A DNA stretch of 64,000 nucleotides, taken from NCBI GenBank assembly GCA_964247055.1, contig OZ176054.1:11036001-11100000 (forward strand). Direction: 5' to 3'. Shown here piece after piece: positions 26,701 through 37,151 of this stretch. Each line of letters begins with the position of its first letter. The stretch's first letter is position 1. A program made the position numbers and the translations under genes. The notes under the pieces are model-generated. The model did no database searches. It saw only the letters and a program-made list of their open reading frames with translations, and was not told the DNA's origin. Source of the DNA: Paragordius varius. Its lineage: Eukaryota > Animalia > Nematomorpha.

Positions 26701-28585
26701 TTTTTACCATATAAAATATTCTTTAAAATATCAAAATTTTTATTTTTTGTTCAATTAATAGATTGCTTAATGACAATACATTAACTGATACGTGCATTCA
26801 GGATTACGCGTTTTCATTTAGGAAAGTACCTCTTGAAACATTGGGCCCTTATGCTAAAATATTGAGTAATCTATTAATAGTTTTAATTGTATATAACACC
26901 ATTTAAAGTTTAAATTCACCCTTGAACAATTCAAATTCATTCTAAAATAAATTGAGTGTTTTTAAAGATTAACGATTACTTATATTTATTTATATTTTTG
27001 AAAAATGAAATTTTGTTTAAAATTATAATATTACTGAAAAAATAATGAACTATTCCATTAAGATATTTTTTATATTAATGATGTGTTATCTTAGCCCAAA
27101 AACATATATTATTTTTTTAGGGTAAATTTGAATTATTTAAGGCTGAATTTCAATTGTTTTAAAGTGAATTTTAATTGTACAAGGGTGAATTTTAATTGTA
27201 AATGGTATATAGGTTTAAATATAAAATATTTAATAGCTGACATTATAATTTTAATATTTATTTACTGTATGTAGTCAAGATATCGGACATAATTGAAATT
27301 CTTAACACAAAAACATTCGAAACCTTTGAACAGGAAATTGGTTTTTTATTCTCCTTAAACAATAATTCACCAAAGTAAAATTATTTTTTTGTCGTTTCCC
27401 ATTTTTTATACAATATTTATCCTCAAACATAGATATTACCCTTCATTTTTTTGCTATATAACTCTAATTTGGATGTTAAAATGTTCGTTTTTTCCTTATT
27501 TTTGCTGTATTAATGGATAAAAAAATTTTCTAAAATACTTATAAATAATTTGTGAATTTATTCGTAAAGCTTATATATTATGCAATATATTAACAACAGT
27601 TATAAATTAGTTTTTATTTATATAATACATACATACATTTTCTATATATTAATTAGCTTTTTGATTTACCTCTTACGGTTTCTTGGGAAACAATTTCAAT
27701 CAAATGCTGTTTCGCATTCGTTTAACAATAAAACAATGTTGTATGAAATGATGCGATGGATTGAAAAATCTTTCCATAGACACCCTGCTGCTTTTGTAAA
27801 TTTTATATTTTGCCCCTTATCGATCGAAATTAAAAAAATTTTATTTGCTGAAAAAAATTTTTATTTGCTATAGATAGCAAAATTTTTATAGAACGATAAC
27901 CCTAAATAGTTAATACAATCATTTTTTTTTTATGAAAGGGAAATTTTATAGTTTCGGGATATTGAAACAAACTATATTTTATATGAATATTTATATATTT
28001 TATTTAAAGTAATCTGTATAGCCATATTTATGCTTTTAATGTTTCCAATTCTATCCTTTAAATAACTACAATTTAGTTTATACAGTAAAAATTGAAATTA
28101 TACCAAGAAAACGTTAAAATGTAAAGACAATTTTTTTTCAAAAGACATCCATACCTTTTTAAACCTTAATTTATCCTTTATAAATAATTTAATTACAAGT
28201 GTAAAATACATCTATAATTGAGTTAGCAATTAAAATTTCTATTTTTTATTTTTTAGTTTAAAACATTCAGTTATCATAAAAAATAAAGATTGAAAAAGTG
28301 TGGTTGTCTTTTTATAATATTTGTCTTTATATTGTAACGTTGGGTCCGTATAAATAAATTTTTACTGTATGTATATTATGTTGTATTGTTATTTTTTTGT
28401 TTATAAGACAATATGGTTATTAAAATTGTTAAAAACTGTAGAGGTATATAAATTATCCGTTTTTTTTATAAGATTGCAAACATTTAATGATTACATTTAA
28501 AATATTTATTTTTTGTTTTAAGGTTCAACCAGATGTGAAAACCATGATCAAGGATTTATCACGAGCTATTATCATGAAATTATAG
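20746..28585 (+). CDS. NUP85: Nuclear pore complex protein Nup85 (highly divergent)
   Basis: About 18 phase-compatible exons matching Nup85 landmarks in order: EIYFVWNMVHVLYF, NEMWESILILAYQGQLD, CDVWRNEG, DNWIFPVHLCD, DLKEFIVCEY, EIWSIYLDTCPVLGK, SRIPIL...RIYQACQKRGL, LCKIMVNQFLRQNQYDMALAWAFRSK, TMLYEMMRWIE, IKDLSRAIIMKL* (TAG 28583-85). The start ATG at 20746 and one exon near 22635-22745 are tentative. Confidence 0.85.
21779..22058. mobile_element. Foldback-like MITE family A (a few nt after a NUP85 donor)
   Basis: gtaata-ta-ccatttacaatcaaaatcaccc ... agggttaatataaatgtaaagg. Confidence 0.75.
23415..23848. mobile_element. Foldback-like MITE family A, best-preserved copy
   Basis: (TA)n-ccatttacagttcaaattcaccc, 7 left units, ~170-bp core, 5 inverted right units, then gggtgaatttgaactgtaaatgg-(TA)n. 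Confidence 0.95.
24311..24596. mobile_element. MITE family B
   Basis: cagtaaaaattgaaattatacggacaaaa ... ttttgtccgtataatttcagtttttactg-ta (29-bp TIR, 1 mismatch). Confidence 0.85.
26899..27205. mobile_element. Foldback-like MITE family A
   Basis: ccatttaaagtttaaattcacccttgaacaa ... agggtgaattttaattgtaaatgg-ta. Confidence 0.8.
28083..28367. mobile_element. MITE family B
   Basis: ta-cagtaaaaattgaaattata ... tccgtataaataaatttttactg-ta. Confidence 0.8.
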
Positions 28586-29309
28586 AAAAATAAATTATTA
28601 TCCTATATCATGACTAGATAAACAAATATAAAAGTTTAAATTGTGTAATATTTAGCAATCACCAATCTTTACATCTATTTTTATTCCTAATAAGAATGCC
28701 TCTATTCAATTAATATTAAATATGGATTTTTATCCTATTAACTTTTATAATTTCTTGGCCCTTACTACTTTTACAATAGTGGTGTATTTGAAATACATGG
28801 AATTGTTGTTTAAGAAAATAAAATGTGTTTTAAATTGTATAAGGATTTCGTACAGTAAAAGTCTAATCAAAAGATTTGTATGATGGTCAGATAAATTGAA
28901 TTTTAAATTAATCATTTAATATATTATTGAAGGCTTCGCACATATTAGATATATAAGACATCGGATTATTGCAGTTTTTCAAAAAAGACTAAAATGGGTA
29001 AGTGAACCCGAATATCTATAATAAAAATAATATACAGCCGTAATTCATTTTTTATTATAATCTTTAAATTAATTTAACAAAAGATTCATAAATATTCCTT
29101 CCGATATATATATAACTAATTTTAAGCTAATATAAAAAATCACACATTCCCCTTTCTTCATTACTATCAAAAAGCAGTGAGCATAAAGATATTCGTAATA
29201 TACTATAAAACAATCTCATTTATACCATGATCATTAAATAAAGTTTCCGAATTTGTTAATACTAAATTATTAATCCCAATAACTCCCATTACAAATGAAT
29301 ATTAATATA

Positions 29310-29574
29310 CCATATACAGTTCAAATTCACCCTTGAACAATTCAAATTTACCCTCGAAAAATTCAAATTTACCCTAAAATAAATTTGATTTTTAAGACTA
29401 AAAATTACCTTTATTTTATAATATTTTTTAAATTAATATAATGCTGCAAAGATAATAAACTATGTCGTAAAAATATATTTTATAATTAAAGAGGAGTAAT
29501 ATTAGTCCGAAAACACATGATTTATTTTTAGGGTGAATTTAAGTTGTTCAAGGGTAAATTGGAATTGAAAATGA
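29310..29574. mobile_element. Foldback-like MITE family A
   Basis: ta-ccatatacagttcaaattcacccttgaacaa ... agggtaaattggaattgaaaatga-ta. Confidence 0.8.
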
Positions 29575-30445
29575 TATATATAAAATGCTATATATAAGAT
29601 GAAAATTTAGTTATCTCACAAAAAAGAATCAAATGAGTAGAAAAGGCACAAGATGAAAATCTTGTGAATGGTTTAAATAGCTCCTAGAAAATTATATTAT
29701 TATTGACCTATATATTAAAAAATATAGTTTTGCCTCTTTATTATATTATTATTGTTTGACCTAATGTGCGAGATGCGATATACGATTTTGGCTAATAGGT
29801 GAAAAATTAGAAAAACTTTATATCAACATTTTTTTGTATTAATTATATAAGGCTTTAATGACATATCTTTTTACCCACACCATATAAACAATTCTAAAAT
29901 AGGTTGTAATAGAATGATTTGTTCTACTTTAAACAAAAATGTAAAATTTATGATTGGGATAAAGAGTTTTAATTATTATTAATTTATTTGATTAAAACTT
30001 GATTTTTTGCCTCACAGCAAACATGGATTTAAATGGAAGAGTCAACTGACTTCAGTAATAAAATTCATATTCCTTGATTTCTTGATTACTTAAAAACGTA
30101 ACAAATCAAATATTTTGGGCCTAATCCACAAATATTTGATTTTACGTTTTTTGTAATGAAGAAAACTTAAAAAGTAAAATACGCCTTCATTCCTTATCTG
30201 ATATTTAATTCAGACATTTGATCAATTGAAACGAGTTAACTGTATTTATTCTAATGGTGAGGTGGATAATTCTAACCGTGGTTAATGGAATGAAAAATAT
30301 TTCAATCATTGGATATTCCGCAATTCGGATGCATGGATCAAAAATTTTATGAACAAAAGGTTTATTATTGCATTTTCAAAAAACCGCCACTGAAAATGGC
30401 ACACATCATTTGCCTGATCAACATTATATATTTTGGTAACAAGAC

Positions 30446-30751
30446 TGACAAATAGTTAATATAAATTATAAAGGATATATTTATTTATTTAGTATAACAT
30501 CAAAATCGAATAATATAATATATTGTGTTCTGTGTGTTACAATGATTCCTTATATACATTAGGAAATTTGGTTATTGCATTCACAAGGATAAAGTTGTGT
30601 GGTTTAAACGTTGTTAAAGATAATAAGTATAAATAAAATAATTTGCATTCACAACCAAGGTAATATATATTTTTAACGTAACAAGGACCAAAGTGTATTA
30701 TGCACTAAAAAAGAGAAGGATAATTTGCGTATGATGATAACCCTTTTAACA
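30446..30751 (-). repeat. 3' LTR
   Basis: tgacaaatagttaat...cccttttaaca, direct repeat of 34767-35072. Confidence 0.97.
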
Positions 30752-30764
30752 TACCTTCTTCCTT
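30752..30764 (-). other. Polypurine tract
   Basis: Minus strand aaggaagaaggta directly precedes the 3' LTR and overlaps the pol stop codon. Confidence 0.85.
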
Positions 30765-33594
30765 AAGCGTGATATCGGTCGGGTGGCTTTCGGGATCTAA
30801 TCGGGTACCGGCGAGTTGTGGTAGGAGATGTGTCACTTGTTTGCACAGGAGTATTCTCACTTGAAGGCGCACTTTCTGATTCCGGATTCTCCTGGATGTT
30901 TTCAGGGGTTCTTATTTCATGTTCCGTGGGATGTTTTCGGAGGTTATTATCATTGTTGTTTAAGTTGTTGGTTAAGGTTTTAGTCTTTTCCTCACTGTTA
31001 TTATCATTGTTGTTTAAGTTGTTGTTTAAGTTTTTAGTCTTTTCCTCATTTCTCCCTTCTTCTCCTTCGACCGACCAATCCATGCGATTCCTTAATTGAT
31101 CAGCATGTTTGCGGATGATTTTGCCATTGTCGTTGACATTGTACGATAACCATCCCGTTCTGTCGACGATTTGTCCCTCCCTCCAACCAGAACACAATTC
31201 ATTCTTGATATATACTTTTTGTCCCTTTTCAAACTCCTGCGGAATGTCGGGAGTATCCATGAATTCGTTGGGTTTCGTTTTCATCCATGTTAATGGGCTT
31301 TGCATAGTTCTTTTTAAAAACAAATGCGCGGGAGTCTCCTTCGTAGAACTGTGATGCGTGTTTCGGTAAGCCCATAAGATTTGGTTTAATCTTCGTACTG
31401 GGTCTGCGGAAAGGTCTGCGGAAAGTGGGGTTGACATTGAATAATGATTTTTTAGAGTGTAAATTACCCTCTCTACCAACCCATTTGTTCGGGGGTGGTA
31501 GGGAGCTGATGTTACGTGTTTTATATTAGAGGAAGCTAAAGTTCTCTCAAACTCCCCCGATTTAAAATAAGAGCCGTTATCAGTAACCACCACTTTTGGG
31601 TACCCATACCGGCAAAAACAGGTTTCTAAAAACTTAAGGATATTACCGGTATTCACAGAACGTAACGTTTCTACCTCCACCCAGCGGGTGCAATGATCAA
31701 TTAGTACCACCCAGTATAAATTGTCAATGGGTCCAGCGATATCTAGGTGGAGCCGTTCCCATATGGTTGTATTCCCGTTCCATTGATAGGTGGGATTTTC
31801 GGGTACATTTGGGCGCAGCCTTTGACAATTTTGGCAACTACGCACCCATTTATCGATATCTTGGCTCAACCCGGGCCAATAAACCTTTTCACGGCTTAAT
31901 AGTTTCATGGCTTGTATTCCCGGATGGCCACTATGCAGGTATCTTAAAATATCTGGCTTAATTTTGTTCGGGATTATTACCCGATCTCCCACAAATAATA
32001 GACCGTATGCATCCTCAATTTCATTTTTTATTGCTATGAAAGGCTTGACCAGGGGGTCCGTCCAATTATTAGACCTTAGGGCTACTTTTAACTTTGCTAT
32101 AGTAGGATCCTTCATAGACTCTTGATAGATAATTTCTCTATTTAAATTTAATTCGTTGGACCAAATCAAATGAACACTGCTACTTTCATCATCTTTCTCA
32201 AACGCCATCGGCTCCTGGTTTTCAATGGGGAGTCTCGATAGGCAGTCAGCTATGTTTTCTGTACCAGGGTGATATTCTATGTTAAAATCGAATACCGATG
32301 TTCTAGTTATCCAGCGTACTAGTTTACAATTATTAATTTTACTTAGATCTCTTTGAGGCCCAAATAGTTTCACTAAAGGTTTGTGGTCCGTTTGTATTAT
32401 AAATTTCCTGCCATACAAAAAGGTTTTAAACTTCTCTAACGCTATTAGGATGGATTTTGCTTCTCGCTCAATAACTGAATAGTTTCCTTCAGCCGGAGAG
32501 CATTTTTTTGACGTGTAGGCGATCGGGCGATTACCCGCTGTTGTTCTATGTGATAAAATAGCACCGTATCCCGACATTGACGCGTCGGTTTCCAAGACTA
32601 TAGGTAGTTTGGGATTATACGGATGCAAGGAACTACTCTGGCAGATCAAGTCTTTAGCTTTTTTGAATATCGAATCATGCGTTAGCGTCCAACACCATTT
32701 TTGTTTGTTACCTGCTAATTTATGTAGTTCTCCCATTAAAATGCTTAGGGAAGGGATGAATTTTGCATGAAAATTAAGTAAACCCAAAAATGATCTAAGA
32801 GTGGTTTTGTTGGTCGGGGTCGGGCACTCTTGGATGGCTTTAATTTTATTTGGGGAGGGCTTAATGCAATTTTCAGAAATAATGTGACCAAGATATTCTA
32901 CAGATGGTTGAAAAAGTTTTATTTTATCTTTGCGCAATTTTAATCCCATTGTCTCCAATTTGGTAAATACCTTTATTAGGTTGTCCTTGTGCTTTGTCTC
33001 GGTTTCTCCTGTCACGATAACGTCATCTAAATAAACGGCTGTACTTGCGCAATCTTTTAATAACTCGTCCATTATTTGTTGAAAGAAACTTGGGGCGCAA
33101 TTCAACCCGAAAGGCAATCGTTTATACTTATAAAACCCCTTATGTGTCGAAATTGTTAGTAAGTGCTGACTATCTGGGTCTACTGGAATTTGAAAATAGG
33201 CGTCTTTCAAATCTAGTGTCGAGAAAGATTTGCCGAAGGAAATTTTTGAGATGAGGTCGTCAAAGGTTGGGATTATGTATTGCGGCGGTTTTATGTGTGG
33301 ATTTATACTTATTTTAAAATCCGCGCATATTCTAAGCTCTTTATTAGGTTTTATAATATTTACAGTAGGGCTGGACCAAACGATTCTAGTCTTTTTTGGA
33401 TCAACAGGCTCAATTATATCCAGTTTTACCAATCTATTTATCTCATCCTCCACTTTGCTTTGTAATGATAGTGGCACCCTTCTACTTGGAAAAATTCTAC
33501 CACAATTATTATTACTTAAAAACACTTTAATCGGGTCGCCCTTCCAGCAACCAAGGCCCTCAGAAAATAACTTGCTAAATTTGTTATATATCAT
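30763..33594 (-). CDS. Retrotransposon Pol (RT, RNase H, integrase), 943 aa
   Basis: RT: LRICADFK, LDLKDAYFQ, RLPFG, YLDDV. RNase H: ETDAS, EREA, TDHKPL, ADCLSR. Integrase: HSGHPG..CQNC, LHLDIAGP, TDNGSYF, NGLVERV. SH3-like GQKVYIKN..W.EG. All catalytic motifs intact. Confidence 0.97.
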   Translation of the reverse strand: MIYNKFSKLFSEGLGCWKGDPIKVFLSNNNCGRIFPSRRVPLSLQSKVEDEINRLVKLDIIEPVDPKKTRIVWSSPTVNIIKPNKELRICADFKISINPHIKPPQYIIPTFDDLISKISFGKSFSTLDLKDAYFQIPVDPDSQHLLTISTHKGFYKYKRLPFGLNCAPSFFQQIMDELLKDCASTAVYLDDVIVTGETETKHKDNLIKVFTKLETMGLKLRKDKIKLFQPSVEYLGHIISENCIKPSPNKIKAIQECPTPTNKTTLRSFLGLLNFHAKFIPSLSILMGELHKLAGNKQKWCWTLTHDSIFKKAKDLICQSSSLHPYNPKLPIVLETDASMSGYGAILSHRTTAGNRPIAYTSKKCSPAEGNYSVIEREAKSILIALEKFKTFLYGRKFIIQTDHKPLVKLFGPQRDLSKINNCKLVRWITRTSVFDFNIEYHPGTENIADCLSRLPIENQEPMAFEKDDESSSVHLIWSNELNLNREIIYQESMKDPTIAKLKVALRSNNWTDPLVKPFIAIKNEIEDAYGLLFVGDRVIIPNKIKPDILRYLHSGHPGIQAMKLLSREKVYWPGLSQDIDKWVRSCQNCQRLRPNVPENPTYQWNGNTTIWERLHLDIAGPIDNLYWVVLIDHCTRWVEVETLRSVNTGNILKFLETCFCRYGYPKVVVTDNGSYFKSGEFERTLASSNIKHVTSAPYHPRTNGLVERVIYTLKNHYSMSTPLSADLSADPVRRLNQILWAYRNTHHSSTKETPAHLFLKRTMQSPLTWMKTKPNEFMDTPDIPQEFEKGQKVYIKNELCSGWREGQIVDRTGWLSYNVNDNGKIIRKHADQLRNRMDWSVEGEEGRNEEKTKNLNNNLNNNDNNSEEKTKTLTNNLNNNDNNLRKHPTEHEIRTPENIQENPESESAPSSENTPVQTSDTSPTTTRRYPIRSRKPPDRYHA

Positions 33595-34744
33595 ATGAAG
33601 ATAAGTTATTTATTATTACATGATTGGGTAATTTTAAATTAAATTGTTTTATCCAATCCATTCCAAATATTGATGGTAAGTTGTTGTTTATAATAAAGCA
33701 CTCTAGAATGTGCGTTCTTTTATCTAATTCAACCTGTAATTTGCATTTACCTAATGTTTTTATACGATTATTATTGTATGCATGTATGAAAATATTATTG
33801 TTATCAAAATCTAGTGCTGGCTTGCCGAGACGGCACCAGTTTTTATAATTTACGATTGAAATATCGGCACCCGTATCAAAAATCATTTCAATAGGAATAT
33901 TATTTATTTTAGGAACAATTTGGGGTTTTTTTGTCTTATTAAAAAGGGAATATGCTTTAAACACTACCTTACAACATCGAGCAAAGTGGTTTGAACGATG
34001 GCATCTATAACATTCTTTCCCATAGGCAGGGCAATGTCCCAACGTATGAGTCGTCCCACATTTTGTGCAGGTTCGTCGGTTATTATTACTATGGCTGCTC
34101 TTTGATTGGTGAAGTGTGGCTATTTCGTTTATTTCACCATTACTACTGTGGTTCTTATTATTGTTACTTTTATTATCATTATCAATATCGATGGACAGCA
34201 CTTCTGTATTCGTTAGTCCATCTCGTGCCTTCTCATGTGATAAGGCAATATTTACCACCGTATTTAGAGAAACGGGAGCCCCGTTTTCTAAAGCTTCTGG
34301 GAACCGTGTGAATAGTTCCATTTCCACGGCTTGCTCGTCTAACCCGGCGATGAATACATCTCTGATGTGCTCGTCAATGTTTGACGAGAACCGGCAGTGG
34401 ATGGCCATTTGTTTAACTCTTAACAGGAATTCTGTGAACGTTTCCATTCTCCCCCTCTTCATTTTAATTAAATCAAAACGCGACGAAAAAATATTCCTTG
34501 AGGGGGAGAAGATTTTTATACCGGCGTTTAATAGATCTGGGAATGGTATGTCGTCTATTGCTTGTGGATAGAAATAATTTTCAATTTTATTAATATTTTC
34601 GATTCCTCCGAAAGCCAACAAACATGCTTTCATATTTTCATCGGTGGCTGCGACATTCTTGACCTCCAAATTGCGTTTAATATATGTAATATAATTTGTA
34701 AACTCAACATTTGGATTAAAACATGATAAATTAATTTTTTCCAT
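33584..34744 (-). CDS. Retrotransposon Gag plus aspartic protease, 386 aa
   Basis: Mag-type gag (FLLRVKQMAIHCRF..IRDVFIAGL), tandem zinc knuckle CTKCGTTHTLGHCPAYGKECYRCHRSNHFARCC, protease FDTGADISI and IFGMDW. Confidence 0.95.
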   Translation of the reverse strand: MEKINLSCFNPNVEFTNYITYIKRNLEVKNVAATDENMKACLLAFGGIENINKIENYFYPQAIDDIPFPDLLNAGIKIFSPSRNIFSSRFDLIKMKRGRMETFTEFLLRVKQMAIHCRFSSNIDEHIRDVFIAGLDEQAVEMELFTRFPEALENGAPVSLNTVVNIALSHEKARDGLTNTEVLSIDIDNDNKSNNNKNHSSNGEINEIATLHQSKSSHSNNNRRTCTKCGTTHTLGHCPAYGKECYRCHRSNHFARCCKVVFKAYSLFNKTKKPQIVPKINNIPIEMIFDTGADISIVNYKNWCRLGKPALDFDNNNIFIHAYNNNRIKTLGKCKLQVELDKRTHILECFIINNNLPSIFGMDWIKQFNLKLPNHVIINNLSSYDI

Positions 34745-34746
34745 AG

Positions 34747-34764
34747 CCTCGAATAGCCGCGCCA
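34747..34764 (-). other. Putative primer binding site
   Basis: TGGCGCGGCTATTCGAGG starts 2 nt after the 5' LTR; TGG is complementary to tRNA CCA. The cognate tRNA was not identified. Confidence 0.7.
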
Positions 34765-34766
34765 GT

Positions 34767-35072
34767 TGACAAATAGTTAATATAAATTATAAAGGATATA
34801 TTTATTTATTTAGTATAACATCAAAATCGAATAATATAATATATTGTGTTCTGTGTGTTACAATGATTCCTTATATACATTAGGAAATTTGGTTATTGCA
34901 TTCACAAGGATAAAGTTGTGTGGTTTAAACGTTGTTAAAGATAATAAGTATAAATAAAATAATTTGCATTCACAACCAAGGTAATATATATTTTTAACGT
35001 AACAAGGACCAAAGTGTATTATGCACTAAAAAAGAGAAGGATAATTTGCGTATGATGATAACCCTTTTAACA
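34767..35072 (-). repeat. 5' LTR
   Basis: Direct repeat of 30446-30751, followed by the AAGAC TSD. Confidence 0.97.
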
Positions 35073-37151
35073 AAGACTAAAAAATTTGTTACCATAAGTC
35101 CAATCACGTAGGCATTTTCAATGTTCCCGCCAATTGAAAATTGCTTACACAGTATGCTTTATTCATTACTCAATTTTTTCTCACAAGAAATATAACACAC
35201 AATAGGAAGAATATATGGAATTAACTCGTTTCAAATTATTTGGATTTTCAGTTATGAGAAAATCAACTCATTTTAACCTTACCAAAGGTTTTTGACTTGG
35301 GCTGCCACACAAGTCAAAACCCAAACGCCACATCTACAGCTTATAAAGTGCACTGAACCTAATGTAACCTCATCCCTGGCTTTTAGAAAAATGACACATT
35401 TATGTTTATGCTATTAGAATGTTTTATGATTATATACTAATGTTAATTATTTTTTAAATAAATGTAAATGATATATATAAAGTATCTTTAATTGGTATTA
35501 GGTATATCTTATTTGTATTTTAACATTACCGAATGTACTACACAAAACATATACTGTTAAATTTTTTGGAAACTATGGTATTAAGATTTTATGGTATATT
35601 GGCTTTAAGGCTTACCCATCTGATCACTAAACTAACTCCATAAAATAAATATTTTAAAAATTAATTTTGTGATATATGATATAATTAAATTTATATTCTT
35701 GCGATCTTAATTTCTCACTAGCAAAGAATAAAATCGAACGGTGGTCTATGAACAGAGTTTAAATTTAAAAAGAGCTGTAAATACATAACAAGGTTTACCT
35801 TGATCTCAAATTTTTAATCATTATGTTATGAAAAATTTCCAATTTTTATTCACAATTCTATATTGTTCACGATGAATATGATTGAAAATAATTTTGTCGT
35901 AATATTCAACTGGATTAAGAACCGAAATTACTAATATCGTGATAAACCATGGGCTAGAAAAGTACTTATTTATATAAAATATTTTCATAATAATTCGTTG
36001 AGTCAATGTTAAGCTAAATTATATTTTGAAAAATCTCATTTAAGAGCAAGTACACAGTGATATTATTAAAATTATATATATATATATATAAATAAATGCA
36101 TCAGAATTTCCATAATACGTTTGGATTTGGTGCCATTTTGAAGGTTAGTGGTATTTATTCCATATCGAAAAATCGCAAAACTAGGGCTAATGTTAAATAA
36201 AATATTTTGGTGAAAACCTACTGCTATATTGCAGAATATATTATAAACTATATTAAAAAAGCAAGACAATATTTATCATATAAATTTGTTGGATTCTCAA
36301 ATTTTTAAATGGGCTAGTTTTCATAAAATAAACAAGTGCCAAATTTGCGTAATTTTTAATAATGTAATGTTTTATGACATAAAATATGTTACTTTAAACT
36401 TTTTATATAATTTATAAGTACGGGTTATAATATTATAACAGATGGAAAAACGAATCTGGGTTTATTTTAAAGAATGTTTTCTGAACAATATCACCAAAAA
36501 AGAATCATAAACTCATACGATTATAGCAAATCGTATGGCACTAATTTTTAAAATTAATTTAGTAATAGCCACTATAAAAAAATAGTAGCAGAATTAATAT
36601 ATATATTCTCCTAACAAATTATTTTTTTCTCATTTCAATAATGAAAAAATGGATTGAGAATAAACTTAGATATAATTTCAAAAGACCTTTTGGATTTATG
36701 ACATCATTAATTGATCATGGAACTCTATTTGTGGTATACCAATCATTGTAAAAACCGATAAAAGTTAAGGGTAAATTGGAATAAAAACTCCATACCGCAA
36801 GCATGGTGTCCGCCACAATTTTCGCGGGCTGCGATAATTTTTTTTTATATTTAAGCCAATTTCGGATGATATAGTTTCATAGTAAAATTTTGATTTCAAC
36901 ATTTTTTGTAGGGAACAAAACGTGTTGAACATCTCTTATTTAATTACTAAATCGACTTTTTTATTGTAAATTAACCGTGGTTGTATGATTCGCAACCGCT
37001 TTTATCAAAATAAAAAATCTACATTCAATAAAAATCCCAAATCAATCATATTATATTATTACGAACTCAAACCAACTGAAAGTTATTATTTATTAAAAGC
37101 TAATTTATTGTGAAAAAATCAAGACACGGTAGTAAATGCATCATAACATGA

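Larger units (their letters stand above)
30446..35072 (-). mobile_element. Full-length Ty3/gypsy LTR retrotransposon, Mag-like, 4627 bp
   Basis: Two 306-bp TG...CA LTRs with no difference seen by eye. 5-bp TSD AAGAC at 30441-45 and 35073-77. PBS, PPT and gag-PR-RT-RH-IN domain order. Confidence 0.97.
28722..36770 (+). pseudogene. Unidentified orphan or decayed gene interrupted by the LTR element
   Basis: Exon-like blocks with GT/AG signals join in phase into ...FAHIRYIRHRIIAVFQKRLKW|FCLFIILLLFDLMCEMRYTILAN|SKHGFKWKSQLTS|TFDQLKRVNCIYSNG (basic stretch plus hydrophobic segment). Downstream blocks (30280-30440, 35100-35420, 35820-35960, 36630-36750) look coding but carry stops or frame changes. 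No family recognised. Confidence 0.3.

Noticed and set aside
30818-34571. Plus-strand ORFs within the retrotransposon (93, 81, 64, 72, 69, 122, 74, 106 and 151 aa)
   Set aside because: Antisense shadows of gag/pol in more GC-rich sequence; no recognisable motifs.
30226-35234. 14-bp inverted repeat ttgaaacgagttaa (30226-39 and 35221-34) bracketing the LTR insertion site
   Set aside because: No TSD and little similarity beyond the core; not enough to call a host MITE.
35287-35321. Hairpin ggtttttgacttg-N10-caagtcaaaacc
   Set aside because: Isolated stem with no Helitron CTRR end, SECIS features or second copy seen.
30020-35960. Possible stop-codon reassignment (in-frame TAA/TAG/TGA in coding-like blocks)
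   Set aside because: Neighbouring genes end with TAG (NUP85), TAA (ATP5PO, hnRNP L) and TGA (MRPL35) and have no internal stops; decay or unresolved splicing explains it better.
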